From: Vicinamibacterales bacterium
GTDB lineage: Bacteria > Acidobacteriota > Vicinamibacteria > Vicinamibacterales > UBA8438
Assembly (NCBI GenBank): GCA_965207595.1
Contig: CBDBMW010000012.1
Coordinates: 1,154,462-1,218,461 of the forward strand
Direction: 5' to 3'
Length of the DNA: 64,000 nt
Part shown: piece by piece, positions 17,766-28,624 of the stretch
Layout: every line of letters begins with the position of its first letter
How positions within the stretch are numbered: the stretch's first letter is position 1
Translations under genes and position numbers: made by a program
The notes under the pieces: model-generated
Told to the model about the DNA's origin: nothing
Database searches by the model: none
Seen by the model: the letters and a program-made list of their open reading frames with translations, nothing else

Positions 17766-20198
17766 TCATCGTCCGCCGCCGGACCCGCCGGACCCGCCGG
17801 ACCCGCCGGACCCGCCCTCGGTGGGCACCGCGCCCGGCCCCGGGAGCGGCTCGTCCGACGCGAAACGGCGCAGCACGTTCTCCGTCAGGCGCGAGACGTT
17901 GTTGTCGTAGTCGTTGAACGACAAGCTTCCGCTCCACGCGATCGAGCTGGTCGAGAACACCGCGCCGCCGTTCGGATACTCGACGTACGCCATGTCGGCG
18001 TAGACGAGTGGGTTGACCGTGCCCCCCTGCTCGGAGTTGCTGGTGTTCACCTCCTCGATGACGTGCTGGTAGGCGTCGGAGTGGCCGAACGAACGCGCCA
18101 GGACCAGGGTGTGCGGCGGCGAGCCCTGCGCGTAGTCCACCCGGTCGAGCTCCGAGCCCGCGGCGCCGAAGTCCAGGACCAGCGACGGGTGGTTGCCGAT
18201 CAGCTCGTTGTCGCCGATGCCCTCGAAGATGAACGCCACCCGCGGGTCGAAGCTGTCCGGCATGCGCCGGAACGGGGAATTGCGGTCGAACCCCTGCGCC
18301 GTGAACCCGACGCCGACCAGCCACTGCGGTGCCCGGCCGCGGAAGCGCCACAGCCCGCCCGGCTCGCCGGTCAGGCTGTGGTGGCTCTCACCCGGCGCCC
18401 CCTGCCAGTGCTCGGTGCCGTCGCGCCGCCGGACCTCGATGAAGGTACCGGTGGGATCGAGCGGCGTCACCCAGTAGAAGCCGTTGCCGCCCATGTACAT
18501 CAGCCGGCCGCCCTGCTCCAGGTACGCCCGCATTGCCTGGAGCATCTCCCACGAGTAGTACTCCGGGTGGGTGCCGGTCAGCACCACGTTGTAGGGCTCG
18601 AGCAGCGCCGCCCCCTCCGCGTGCAGGTCGTGGTCCGTGACGACGTCCACGGCGAAGCCCTTGACCTCCAGCCAGTCGACGAGGTGCGTGTCGGCCATGA
18701 ACTGCCACGGGTTGCGCGTGTCGATCTTCGGGCGCATGTTCGTGATGGGCCGGAGGCGCGACGAGTAGGCCACGCCGCTCCCGTCGGTATGCGTCGAATA
18801 CAGGCTCATCGGCTGGAAGCCGGTGCCGCCGGTCCCCGCGTAGGCCAGATAGCTGACGGTCGGGGCCAGGAACGCGATCTTCGCGGTCGCCGTGCCCCTC
18901 GGCGGCCGGACGAAGAACGGCACGTAATCCTCGCTGGTCGTCGTCCGCAGGCGCGCCGCGTAGATGCCGCTCGCGAGGTCGGGGGGCACCTCGAACGCGA
19001 AGCCGACGTCCCAGCCGGCGTCGAGCAGGTCGTCGTCGTGGAAGTGGATCGCCGCGTACTGCTCGGGAGCCCGGCGGTAGTCCATCTCGGTCGCGTCCCA
19101 GAGATGCCCGGTGACCGCGCGCGTCGGCAGGTTCACGGTGCGGCCGTCGAGCCCGTGCCTCGCGGTGTCGCGCACCCCGTCGGTCTCGATGTCCGCCGCG
19201 AAGTCCCACGCCGCCACGAGGTCGGTCGGCGCGGCGCCGGCGGCGGCATCGCTGGCCGCGGAATCGCCGGCCGCGAGGCCGTCGGCTGCGATCGCCTCCA
19301 CCTCGGCCCGATCGAGGGCCCGGGAGTAGATGCGCGGATTGTCGATCTTCCCGTTGTAGTGTCCCGCCACGCCGCCTTCGGCGGTCCCGTACGCGGCGAT
19401 GTGGAGCGGCACGTCGGGCGTCGCCAGCGCGCGCAGCGGCGTCGTCCGCTCAACCACCACTCGCGTCGGATCGTTCGCGTAGCGGTCGAGCGGCTCCTGG
19501 TACAGGGTCACCCGGCCGGTTCCGGCGTCGAACGTCGCGGCCACGAAGTACCACTGCGTCGGCACGCCGTGGGGCCGCGGGCGCCCCGCGCCCGGAATCG
19601 CCGGCACCCAGCGCCGGAGCGCAGGCTCCGCCGCCACCCGCGCCACCTGCCCGTCGGCCGCCCCGAGCCAGAGCGCCAGCCGCCCCTGCTCGTCGATCAC
19701 CAGACCGTAGCCGCGGTCCGCCGCCCACTTCGTCACCACGCCCTGCGCGCCCGGCGCCCCGGACCAGCCGACCACGCCCGGCCGCGTCGGCGCCACCCAC
19801 GCCGTGATCGTGAAGCTCCCGCCGAGCCTGAGCGGCGCCGCGTCCGGCACCGTGACGTAGGAGCCGAGCGGCAGGTCCTGCTGCCGGCCGGGGTAGTCGC
19901 CGTTGGCCGGCGTCTCGACCAGCGTCTCCTTGATGCCCGGCCCGTTCGGGTTCGCGTCACCGTGAATCAGCCGCACGATCTCCGCCCGGTACGTCGGGAG
20001 CTGGCTGCTCACCATGAAGCGGATCGTCTCGCCCGGCGCCACGCTCATCCGATCCGCGTAGCCGACGATCCCCATCGCCGTCAGCGCCGCCTGCGGTCCG
20101 ATCTCGGCCGCCGACTGCGCCCCGGCGCCGCCGGCCAGTGCCAGAAGCGCAACGCCCGCCACCCCACCGCATCCCGTGGTCCTGCTCACTGACGTCAT
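17766..20198 (-). CDS. Exported LamG/concanavalin-like protein with an N,N-dimethylformamidase large-subunit-like C-terminal domain
   Basis: An internal ATG at 20198 is preceded by GGGAGGGG and followed by a signal peptide (MTSVSRTTGCGGVAGVALLALAGGAGAQS). VLTGTHPEYYSWEMLQAMRAYLEQGGRLMYMGGNGFYW matches the dimethylformamidase beta-subunit-like family. The C-terminal tail is (GGS)n. Confidence 0.75.
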   Translation of the reverse strand: MTSVSRTTGCGGVAGVALLALAGGAGAQSAAEIGPQAALTAMGIVGYADRMSVAPGETIRFMVSSQLPTYRAEIVRLIHGDANPNGPGIKETLVETPANGDYPGRQQDLPLGSYVTVPDAAPLRLGGSFTITAWVAPTRPGVVGWSGAPGAQGVVTKWAADRGYGLVIDEQGRLALWLGAADGQVARVAAEPALRRWVPAIPGAGRPRPHGVPTQWYFVAATFDAGTGRVTLYQEPLDRYANDPTRVVVERTTPLRALATPDVPLHIAAYGTAEGGVAGHYNGKIDNPRIYSRALDRAEVEAIAADGLAAGDSAASDAAAGAAPTDLVAAWDFAADIETDGVRDTARHGLDGRTVNLPTRAVTGHLWDATEMDYRRAPEQYAAIHFHDDDLLDAGWDVGFAFEVPPDLASGIYAARLRTTTSEDYVPFFVRPPRGTATAKIAFLAPTVSYLAYAGTGGTGFQPMSLYSTHTDGSGVAYSSRLRPITNMRPKIDTRNPWQFMADTHLVDWLEVKGFAVDVVTDHDLHAEGAALLEPYNVVLTGTHPEYYSWEMLQAMRAYLEQGGRLMYMGGNGFYWVTPLDPTGTFIEVRRRDGTEHWQGAPGESHHSLTGEPGGLWRFRGRAPQWLVGVGFTAQGFDRNSPFRRMPDSFDPRVAFIFEGIGDNELIGNHPSLVLDFGAAGSELDRVDYAQGSPPHTLVLARSFGHSDAYQHVIEEVNTSNSEQGGTVNPLVYADMAYVEYPNGGAVFSTSSIAWSGSLSFNDYDNNVSRLTENVLRRFASDEPLPGPGAVPTEGGSGGSGGSGGSGGGR
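17776..17816. repeat. 9-bp x4.6 tandem repeat encoding the GGSGGSGGSGGS tail
   Basis: CCGCCGGAC repeated, read directly. Confidence 0.9.
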
Positions 20199-22388
20199 CT
20201 GAAGCCCCTCCCAGTCTGCGGCGCTCAGCTCAGCGGCGTGGAGTTCGATCCCTTCCAGCAGAGCCCGGTAGCGTGCGTCCGCCTCCTCGACGCGCGGCTC
20301 GAGCAGGCGGCGCTGGGCCGGCCACATCTCCGACAGCAGGCTGCGCGTCTCCCACGGCTCGAGGTCGCCGTCCGGATCGACCGTCTCCGTCAGCAGCTCC
20401 CGCAACCGGGCTCGTTGCTGCGCCACCAGCTCGGGCACGCGCTCGTCGCGGTAGAAGGGCCGGCCGTTCACGATCACGTAGATCGGCGCGCTGTGGGCCA
20501 CCGTGCTGTTCCGCTCGCCCTGCCGCTCGCCGAAGGCCCGGGCGGCCAGCCACAGGCTCCGATTCGCGGTCAGCGTCGCGCGGAGCTCCACCCGGTCGCG
20601 GCCTGCGGCCGGCTCGACGGCGGCCACCTCGCCGTGCACGACCAGCTCCAGGCGGTCGAGACGGTCGAGGTCCGGATTGAGCGCCGCCTCCGCGACGACC
20701 TCCACCCGCGCGCCGGGCTCCACGTGCAGCTCCTCGCCGAGGGTCCGTCCGTCGACCGTCAGCTCCAGCAGCGGGCCGTTGGTCACGTACAGGCGCCCGG
20801 CGCGGAAGGCGTCGAACCACGCATCGACGCTGAAGGGACCGTCGAGCTTGACGTAGCTGCGCACGACGCCCGGCAGGTCCATGTACGGGAAGTCCGAGCC
20901 CGCGGCGGGCAGCAGCTTGTAGCCGAGGTTCAGGAAGCCGTACCAGAGTTCGGTCGGCAGGCGCCCGAGCTGGAGGAGTTCGACGAAGTCGACGATCCCG
21001 AACGGCACGTCGAGGGCGAGGCCGCGGCGGCCGTTGAACAGCTCGGCGTGGTGCGCGTAGCCCGACAGGCCGCCCTGCCGCCGCGCCTGCTCGAAAACCT
21101 CGTGGTAGAGGAAGTAGCCCGCCGGCCCCGCGTGGAGCGGCTCGCGCAGGTTGTGGTGGATGGTGTGGCCGCGGTGGACCGTGCGCGGATCCTCCTGCCC
21201 CGAGACCAGCGCGTGTCCGTCGCGCTCGAAGCGGCCGGCCGGTCCCCACGCGGGCTGCCCGAAGTGCGTCCCGGCGATGTTGCCCATCTGCAGCAGGTTG
21301 GCGACGTGCACGTCCTCGGCGGCCACTTGCGCCCAGGTGCTCTCGTCGCGAACCGCGTGCCGCTCGATGTGGATGTGGGCGTCGCCGGAGTACCAGCCCC
21401 GGGACGGTTGATCGACGTATCGATCGAGGGTGACCGGGACGGTGGTGGTCGCGCCGGGACGGACCTCGATCTCCGTGTGGTGAACGCGGTACTCGATGCC
21501 CCGAGTGACGACCAGCTCGTAGCTGCCGGCCGGCACGCGGGCGTCGTAGCTGCCGTTCACGTAGAACGCGAGGCGGTTCGGCGACGGCCAGAAGGTGCGG
21601 GGCGAGATCCACAGCCGGCGGACCTCGTCCGTGTAGCGGTGCACGAGGACGGCGTCGTCCGACGGCAGCGGCATCCGCCCCGTCGCGTCGTAGAGGCCCA
21701 CGCGGGCGGGCACCGAGCGGCCCGAGGCGGCGTCGGCTACCTGGAGGTGGACCCGGCCGAACGCCGCCGGCGCCCGGGTGGCGCCGCTCCGGACGACCTC
21801 GATGTCGCAGATGCACACGCCGCCGCGGCTGCCGACGGCGACGTCGACCCCGCGCGTGCCGTGCCCGGCAAGGCGCGCGCGGTCGAGGGTCAGGGTGACG
21901 CTGCGCAGCGTGTCGCCGGGCTCGGGCCGCACCTCGGCGCGCCCCAGGCTCTCGCCGCCGTTCCGCTCCCAGACGACGGTGAACGGCGTCGTGAGGGCCG
22001 GCGCGTAGGTCAACGTCAGGGTGACCGGCTCGTCGACGTCGAACCCGTACGCGTCGTCGACGTCGAAGCCGATCAGCCCGCCCGCCACGCACTGCCGGCC
22101 CCCGACCGTGCGCGTCTCGACCTCGTTGCGGTAGGCGCCGAGCCCGAGCTCGGAGTAGCTGAGCCCGTAAGTGTGGGCAATGCGCGGTCGCGGCCAGTCG
22201 ACCTCGCGCACGTAGCGGGCCTCGCCGCCGTGGGCCGACAGGCGCGGGTCGGCGGTCTCCGGGGGCAACGCAAGCGCAAGCCCGAGCAGCAGCCAGGCCA
22301 GCCAGCCGCGCGTGTGGATCGTCGGGCGCTGTCCAGAGTCCTCGAACGATTCGGCCTTCCCGGCCCGTGCCTTGCCTGTCGCGGCCAT
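20199..22388 (-). CDS. CehA/McbA-like (PHP-type) metal-dependent hydrolase, membrane/signal anchored; no stop codon before the next gene
   Basis: MAATGK...GWLAWLLLGLALALP is the anchor. WYSGDAHIHIERH is a metal-binding motif typical of CehA/McbA metallohydrolases. The reading frame runs straight into the 17766..20198 gene. Confidence 0.65.
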
Positions 22389-22828
22389 CACCACTCGCCG
22401 AGCGGATCCAGGACGCTCAGGAACGGGAAGCGACGGAAATCCGCATCCCGGGTGCAGATGCGGCTGACGCCGTGCTCGCGCATCAGGACGGCCGTATGCA
22501 CGTCGTGCATCACGCTTCCACGCAGGTCGGGCAATTCCGCCAGGGTCTGGGCGAGCACGGCGCGGTGACGCTGCGTCGCTGCCAGCACTTCGAATCCGGG
22601 CGCGGCCAGCAGGCGCTCGATGAAGCTCCAGGCGCCCGCAGGCGTCCACGGTGACCGGAAGGCGCGGGCGTGCGTGCTGACCCGCAGAAACTCGTAGCAG
22701 ACGCTCCAGGTAAGAAACGCCGGTGCGGAATCTCCCCGGGCGTCATCCAGGCGCTTGCGGCAGGACACGCCGAGATCCGAGCGCTCGTCCGCGGCGTGAA
22801 GGAGCACGTTGGTGTCGAAGACCAGCAA
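22388..22828 (-). CDS. vapC: PIN-domain type II toxin VapC
   Basis: MLVFDTNVLL...ICTRDADFRRF carries the conserved PIN acidic residues. The stop TGA shares its A with the downstream ATG (TGATG). Confidence 0.9.
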   Translation of the reverse strand: MLVFDTNVLLHAADERSDLGVSCRKRLDDARGDSAPAFLTWSVCYEFLRVSTHARAFRSPWTPAGAWSFIERLLAAPGFEVLAATQRHRAVLAQTLAELPDLRGSVMHDVHTAVLMREHGVSRICTRDADFRRFPFLSVLDPLGEW

Positions 22829-23068
22829 CTACTCTTCTTCCATCGCGCGGTACAGCGCGTCACGGTCGTCGATGTCGACGAGATTCCCACCGCTGTCCCA
22901 CGTCGGCAATGGCGACAGGGGTTCCGGCGTTTCTCCAGTGGCGACTGACGGCGCGAGCACGCGTCGAAGTCCCGCTTCGACCAGCGCGGACATCGTCGTT
23001 CCCCGCCGCGCCGCCTCCTCCCGCAACCGCTGCATGACGGAATCATCAATGTTGAGCGTCGTCTTCAT
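22829..23068 (-). CDS. vapB: Type II antitoxin VapB (DUF2191/RHH-like)
   Basis: MKTTLNIDDSVMQRLREEAARRGTTMSALVEAGLRRVL. It lies directly upstream of vapC. Confidence 0.8.
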   Translation of the reverse strand: MKTTLNIDDSVMQRLREEAARRGTTMSALVEAGLRRVLAPSVATGETPEPLSPLPTWDSGGNLVDIDDRDALYRAMEEE

Positions 23069-23155
23069 ATGGATAACCATACACCGTTCGGGAAGGAGGA
23101 GCCGGTAGCGGAGGCGGCACCGCGCGTCGCGAGCGCGCCCCTGACGGGCGCGTCG

Positions 23156-23194
23156 GGAGTCCGCGCGTTCGCGAGATGGCCCGCGTCGCCGACG

Positions 23195-23210
<16 letters not shown>
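23156..23210. repeat. REP-like palindromic element (GGAGTCCGC ... GCAGACTCC)
   Basis: The arms lie at 23156-23164 and 23202-23210 and pair at 8 of 9 positions. The element spans the kinase stop codon (23195-23197). Confidence 0.5.
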
Positions 23211-24700
<1,490 letters not shown>

Positions 24701-25052
24701 ACCCCTTGCTACGCGATCGCCAACGTGTCGTTACAGGGAAGAACCGGCGTCCGACGGAACCCCGCCCGGCCACCGCTCGTCGCCTGGCGGCTCCGCGTGG
24801 CGCCGCCAGCCGGCCCGGAGCCCGCGCCGCCGGCCGCCGTAGCTCGTGCCCCCTCGCCGTTCAGGAACACGGTAGCCCACGGCGCCGGGCCGCACGATGC
24901 GAGCCCTCGGCTCGGGCTCCACGGAGTATGCGGCACGAGAACGGCTATGATGGCGGCCACCCGGTCCGTTCGGAAGCAGCAGCGACCGGGTGCCGTCGAT
25001 CGGGTCATCGGGCTTCCGGAAACGCACGCTCGAACGTCGAGGGGCACCTACG

Positions 25053-27428
25053 ATGCCAGAGTCGCAAGGCGCAACGTCCAACGGTCCCGGTTCGCAATTG
25101 GGTCGCCTCGCCGGGCTGGCGCTGATCGTACTGACCGCCGGCGCCGCCGCCTGCGTCGCGGGCGGGGCGGAAGCGCCGGCGTCGCTCGAAGAGCTCGCCC
25201 GCCGCTCCCTGGCCACCATCGACGGGGAGCTCTCGGTTCCGGGCCTGCAGGCGCCGGTCGAGGTGATCCGCGACGAGTGGGGGGTGCCCCACATCTACGC
25301 GCAGAACGACGACGACCTCTTCTTCGCGCAGGGCTACGTCATGGCGCAGGACCGCCTGTGGCAGATGGAGATGTGGCGCCGCTGGCGCGAGGGGCGGCTG
25401 GCCGAGATCTTCGGTCCCGAGGCGCTCGACTACGACCGCCGCACCCGGCTGATGAGGTTCCGGGGGCCGTTCGACGAGACGGAGTGGACGAGCTACCACC
25501 CGGACGCCCACCGGCTGTTCAGCGCGCACGCGGCCGGCGTGAACGCCTGGGTCGAGCAGCACCGCGACAACCTGCCGGTGGAGTTCCAGCTCACCGGCGT
25601 CGAGCCACTGCCGTGGACGGCGGAGACGGCGGTCCTGCGCTGGGCGTCGCTCGGCGTGCCGAGCGTGCGGGGCCACGCCATCCACGAGATGCAGCTCGCC
25701 CTCGACGTCGCCCGCCACGGCGTGGAGGAGGCCAACCGGCGCTTCGCCCCCGACCCGTGGGACGACCTCGTCGTGCCGGACGGGCTAGACGTCGGCATCA
25801 TCACCGAAGAGATCCTCGAGGCGATGCGGGCCGGCGACGGCGATCCGTTCGTCGCGGGGCGCCTGCCGGCGCTGGAGATCGTCGAGCCCTACCGTGCGCT
25901 GCTCCCGGGGCCGGGGCTCGAGGCGCGGCAGGTCTCGCCGCGGCCGATCCCCACCGAGGGCAGCAACAACTGGGTGCTGACCGGGGCGCGCTCGCCGAGC
26001 GGGGTGCCGATCCTCGCCAACGATCCGCACCGGCGCATCGAGATGCCGGCACTCCGCTACTTCGTGCACCTCGTGGCCCCGGGCTGGAACGTCATCGGCG
26101 GCGGCGAGCCGCCCTTCGCCGGCGTCGACGCGGGGAGCAACGAGCGCATGGCGTGGGGCTTCACCTTCGCCGGCACCGACATGGTGGACGTCTACGTCGA
26201 GGAGCTGCACCCGGACGACCCGAACCTCGTGCGCTGGCAGGACGGCTGGGAGCCGCTCCGGATCATCGAGGAGGAGATTCCGGTGAAAGGCCGGGAGCCG
26301 GAGCCGGTGGTGCTGAAGTTCAGCCGCCACGGCCCCGTCTTCTACGAGGACCGGGAGAACGGCGTCGCCTACGCCGTGCGCTCCGTCGTGCAGGAGCCCG
26401 GCACGGCCGCCTACAAGGGGAGCTTCCAGCTTGCCCAGGCGGAGAGCTGCGCGGACTTCTTCGAGCGGGCGATGCACTGGCTGGTCCCGACCCACAGCCT
26501 CATCTGCGGCGACGCGGACGGCAACATCGCGCTCCAGGTGACCGGGCTGACGCCGGACCGCGACGGCTGGAACGGGCGCCTGCCGGTGCCCGGCAACGGC
26601 GACTACGAGTGGCGCGGCTTCCGCGAGGACCTGCCGCGGGAGTTCAACCCGGAGCGGGGCTACATCGCCACCGCCAACAACAACGTGCACCCGCCCGGCT
26701 ACGAGGGGCGGCCGGTCTTCTACCACACGTCGCGCGGCGTCGAGACGTCGCGGATCGCCCGCCTGCACCAGATTCTCGGCGCCGGCGAGGTGCTCTCCGT
26801 GGACGATCACAAGCGCATCCAGCACGACGCCCGGCTGCTCGCGGCCGAGCGGGACGTCGCGGCGTTCCAGGGCTGGACGTCGGACGATGCGGATGTGGAG
26901 TGGGCCCGCGGCCTCATCGCCGACTGGGACGGCACCGTCTCGCGCGAGAGCACCGCGGGCGCGCTCTACGTGCGCTGGCGGGCCGAGGTCGACGATGCCG
27001 TTCGCGATGCCGGGACGTCGGAACCCGAGCGCCGGGCGCTCATCGAGCAGGGCCTGGCGGCGGCCATCGTGCGCCTCACCGAGGAGCTCGGCCCCGACCG
27101 CGCCGAGTGGCGCCACGGCCGCGTCCACGCCAGCGAGCTCCCGCACCTCCTGGTCCCGGCGTTCGACCTGCCCCCGGTGGAGCGCCCCGGCGGCTTCGGC
27201 GCGCTCAACGCCACCGGCGCCAACTTCCGCCGCATCATCGACCTCGCGGACCCGGACCGCTCGGTCGCGAGCAACGCCCCCGGCCAGTCGGCCCAGCCCG
27301 GAAGCCCCTTCTACGGCAACCTGGCCGAAAACCTGGGCAACGGCGAGTACTTCCCCCTGCTCTACACGCGCGAAGCGGTGGAGGAGCGGGCCGCCCATCG
27401 CCTGACGCTGCGGCCGGCCGGCGAGTGA
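25053..27428 (+). CDS. Penicillin-acylase-family Ntn hydrolase (possible acyl-homoserine-lactone acylase)
   Basis: It has a signal/lipobox-like N-terminus and conserved family blocks (YAQNDDDLFFAQGYVMAQDRLWQMEMWRR). The putative nucleophile context is EGSNNWVLTG. Confidence 0.9.
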   Translation: MPESQGATSNGPGSQLGRLAGLALIVLTAGAAACVAGGAEAPASLEELARRSLATIDGELSVPGLQAPVEVIRDEWGVPHIYAQNDDDLFFAQGYVMAQDRLWQMEMWRRWREGRLAEIFGPEALDYDRRTRLMRFRGPFDETEWTSYHPDAHRLFSAHAAGVNAWVEQHRDNLPVEFQLTGVEPLPWTAETAVLRWASLGVPSVRGHAIHEMQLALDVARHGVEEANRRFAPDPWDDLVVPDGLDVGIITEEILEAMRAGDGDPFVAGRLPALEIVEPYRALLPGPGLEARQVSPRPIPTEGSNNWVLTGARSPSGVPILANDPHRRIEMPALRYFVHLVAPGWNVIGGGEPPFAGVDAGSNERMAWGFTFAGTDMVDVYVEELHPDDPNLVRWQDGWEPLRIIEEEIPVKGREPEPVVLKFSRHGPVFYEDRENGVAYAVRSVVQEPGTAAYKGSFQLAQAESCADFFERAMHWLVPTHSLICGDADGNIALQVTGLTPDRDGWNGRLPVPGNGDYEWRGFREDLPREFNPERGYIATANNNVHPPGYEGRPVFYHTSRGVETSRIARLHQILGAGEVLSVDDHKRIQHDARLLAAERDVAAFQGWTSDDADVEWARGLIADWDGTVSRESTAGALYVRWRAEVDDAVRDAGTSEPERRALIEQGLAAAIVRLTEELGPDRAEWRHGRVHASELPHLLVPAFDLPPVERPGGFGALNATGANFRRIIDLADPDRSVASNAPGQSAQPGSPFYGNLAENLGNGEYFPLLYTREAVEERAAHRLTLRPAGE

Positions 27429-27503
27429 GTTGGTCGTCACGACGGGAACGCGATCCGTCCCTGACGAGGTAGGGTCGCCGTTCTCCCTGCACGGGACGCG
27501 GGC

Positions 27504-27737
27504 ATGAGAACGATGGTCGACCTGAACGACGAGTTGGTGGAGCGCGCTCGGGCGCTGTCCGACGAGCGCACCCTGAGCGGTCTGCTCAACCGGTGTCTTG
27601 CTGACTGGATCGCCCACGGCAAGCAGCGGGAGCTCGAAGCGCGCCTTCGCGAGGAGTACGCGCTGGGTGCGGCGGAATCGGCCCGTGTCAGCCGCGGGTT
27701 CGCCGAGATCGACGCGCAGGATTGGCCGGAATGGTAA
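27504..27737 (+). CDS. RHH antitoxin, MazE-like
   Basis: The N-terminus is MRTMVDLNDELVERARALS. The C-terminal EEYALGAAE...DAQDWPEW resembles mycobacterial MazE-type antitoxins. The stop overlaps the ATG of a mazF remnant (ATGGTAA). Confidence 0.7.
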   Translation: MRTMVDLNDELVERARALSDERTLSGLLNRCLADWIAHGKQRELEARLREEYALGAAESARVSRGFAEIDAQDWPEW

Positions 27738-27883
27738 GGGGCGCCCTGGCCTGGGTGGTACTCGACCCGGCGCGGGGCGCCGAGGTTTCGAATCCTGCGT
27801 CTTCGCCTCGAAGGCTACATGGTGTAGCTCCGGACCGTGAATTGCACCGGTCACGACGAGAGCATCCGAAGGAGATCGCGTAG
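27731..27883 (+). pseudogene. Truncated MazF/PemK toxin remnant (only ~19 N-terminal codons recognisable)
   Basis: MVRGALAWVVLDPARGAEV matches the MazF N-terminus (RGxIWxVDLDPxxGxE). The sequence then degenerates (SNPASSPRRLHGV...) and runs into the convergent sigma-factor gene. Confidence 0.55.
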
Positions 27884-28624
27884 CTCGCCGTCGACCAGTC
27901 GGCCCTCCTGGACGGTCTCGGCCACGAGCGCGCGCACACGGGTCCGCCAGCGGGCGCGCAGGCGCGAGAGCGCCGTCCGGAGCGCCGGCTCGCTCCGGCC
28001 GAGTCGCTGGGCGAGGTCACCGTAGGGGACCTCTGCCGCGTCGAGGCCCAAGTAGGCCTTGAGCGCGTCGAACAGCTCCGCCTCTCCTCGCTTGGCGTAG
28101 CCCCGGCGGACATCGGCGACCGCCCGCCCCAGCAGGGCGAGGGCCCAGCGCCGCTCGTAGAGGGCCTCGGGCGTGCGCGTGTCGGCGGGCTCGGCGCGAT
28201 AGCGATGCTCCGCGTCCGCAGCGTCGAACGACACGACGTCGGCGCCGCCCCCCCGCTTCGCGGCCGCCTGCCGGCGCCACTCGCTGGCGAGGAAGTTCTT
28301 CATGGCCGTGAGCAGGAAGCTGCGGAACCGCCCGCGAGCCGGGTCGGCCGAGGCCAGTCCGCGGCGCTCGAGCAGCCGGGCGAAGAAGGCCTGGGTCAGG
28401 TCGCGGGCGTCCTCGGCGTCGTAGCCGCGCCGGCGCACGTAGGCGTAGAGCGGATACCAGTACCCGGCGCAGAGATCGGCGAGCGCCCGGTTGGCCTGCT
28501 CGGAGGGCGCCTCGCCCGCGGCGGCCAGCACCGTGCTCCAGCGCGTCGTGGCGAACCGCACATCCTGTATTCTCTCACTCTCAGCGAGGTTGACCGGTGC
28601 ACTCGGCCGGATCGAGCACGGCAT
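27851..28624 (-). CDS. ECF-type sigma-70 family RNA polymerase sigma factor
   Basis: FATTRWSTVLAA..., region 2 (YWYPLYAYVRRRGYDAEDARDLTQAFFARLLE) and region 4 (VPYGDLAQRLGRSEPALRTALSRLRARW). The ATG is at 28622-28624. Confidence 0.85.
   Translation of the reverse strand: MPCSIRPSAPVNLAESERIQDVRFATTRWSTVLAAAGEAPSEQANRALADLCAGYWYPLYAYVRRRGYDAEDARDLTQAFFARLLERRGLASADPARGRFRSFLLTAMKNFLASEWRRQAAAKRGGGADVVSFDAADAEHRYRAEPADTRTPEALYERRWALALLGRAVADVRRGYAKRGEAELFDALKAYLGLDAAEVPYGDLAQRLGRSEPALRTALSRLRARWRTRVRALVAETVQEGRLVDGELRDLLRMLSS

Noticed and set aside
17766-22649. A single 1627-aa protein, as listed in the ORF track.
   Set aside because: The first 87 codons are antisense to vapC and low-complexity. 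The rest clearly comprises two different exported enzymes, the second with its own Shine-Dalgarno sequence, ATG and signal peptide. I report them as two genes and flag the missing stop.
24701-25052. A possible small gene or riboswitch in the 352-nt divergent region between the kinase and the acylase.
   Set aside because: The ORFs here are short and Arg/Pro-rich. Only a small hairpin (GAGCCC-tcggct-CGGGCTC, around 24901-24919) is visible. I cannot support any RNA family by eye.
27783-27808. A possible tRNA gene, suggested by GGTTTCGAATCC (T-loop-like).
   Set aside because: The T-stem does not pair (CGAGG against CCTGC, with an extra T in the loop). No matching acceptor 5' strand, D-arm or anticodon arm can be drawn in the preceding 75 nt on either strand. 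I kept it only as a possible tRNA-fragment scar.
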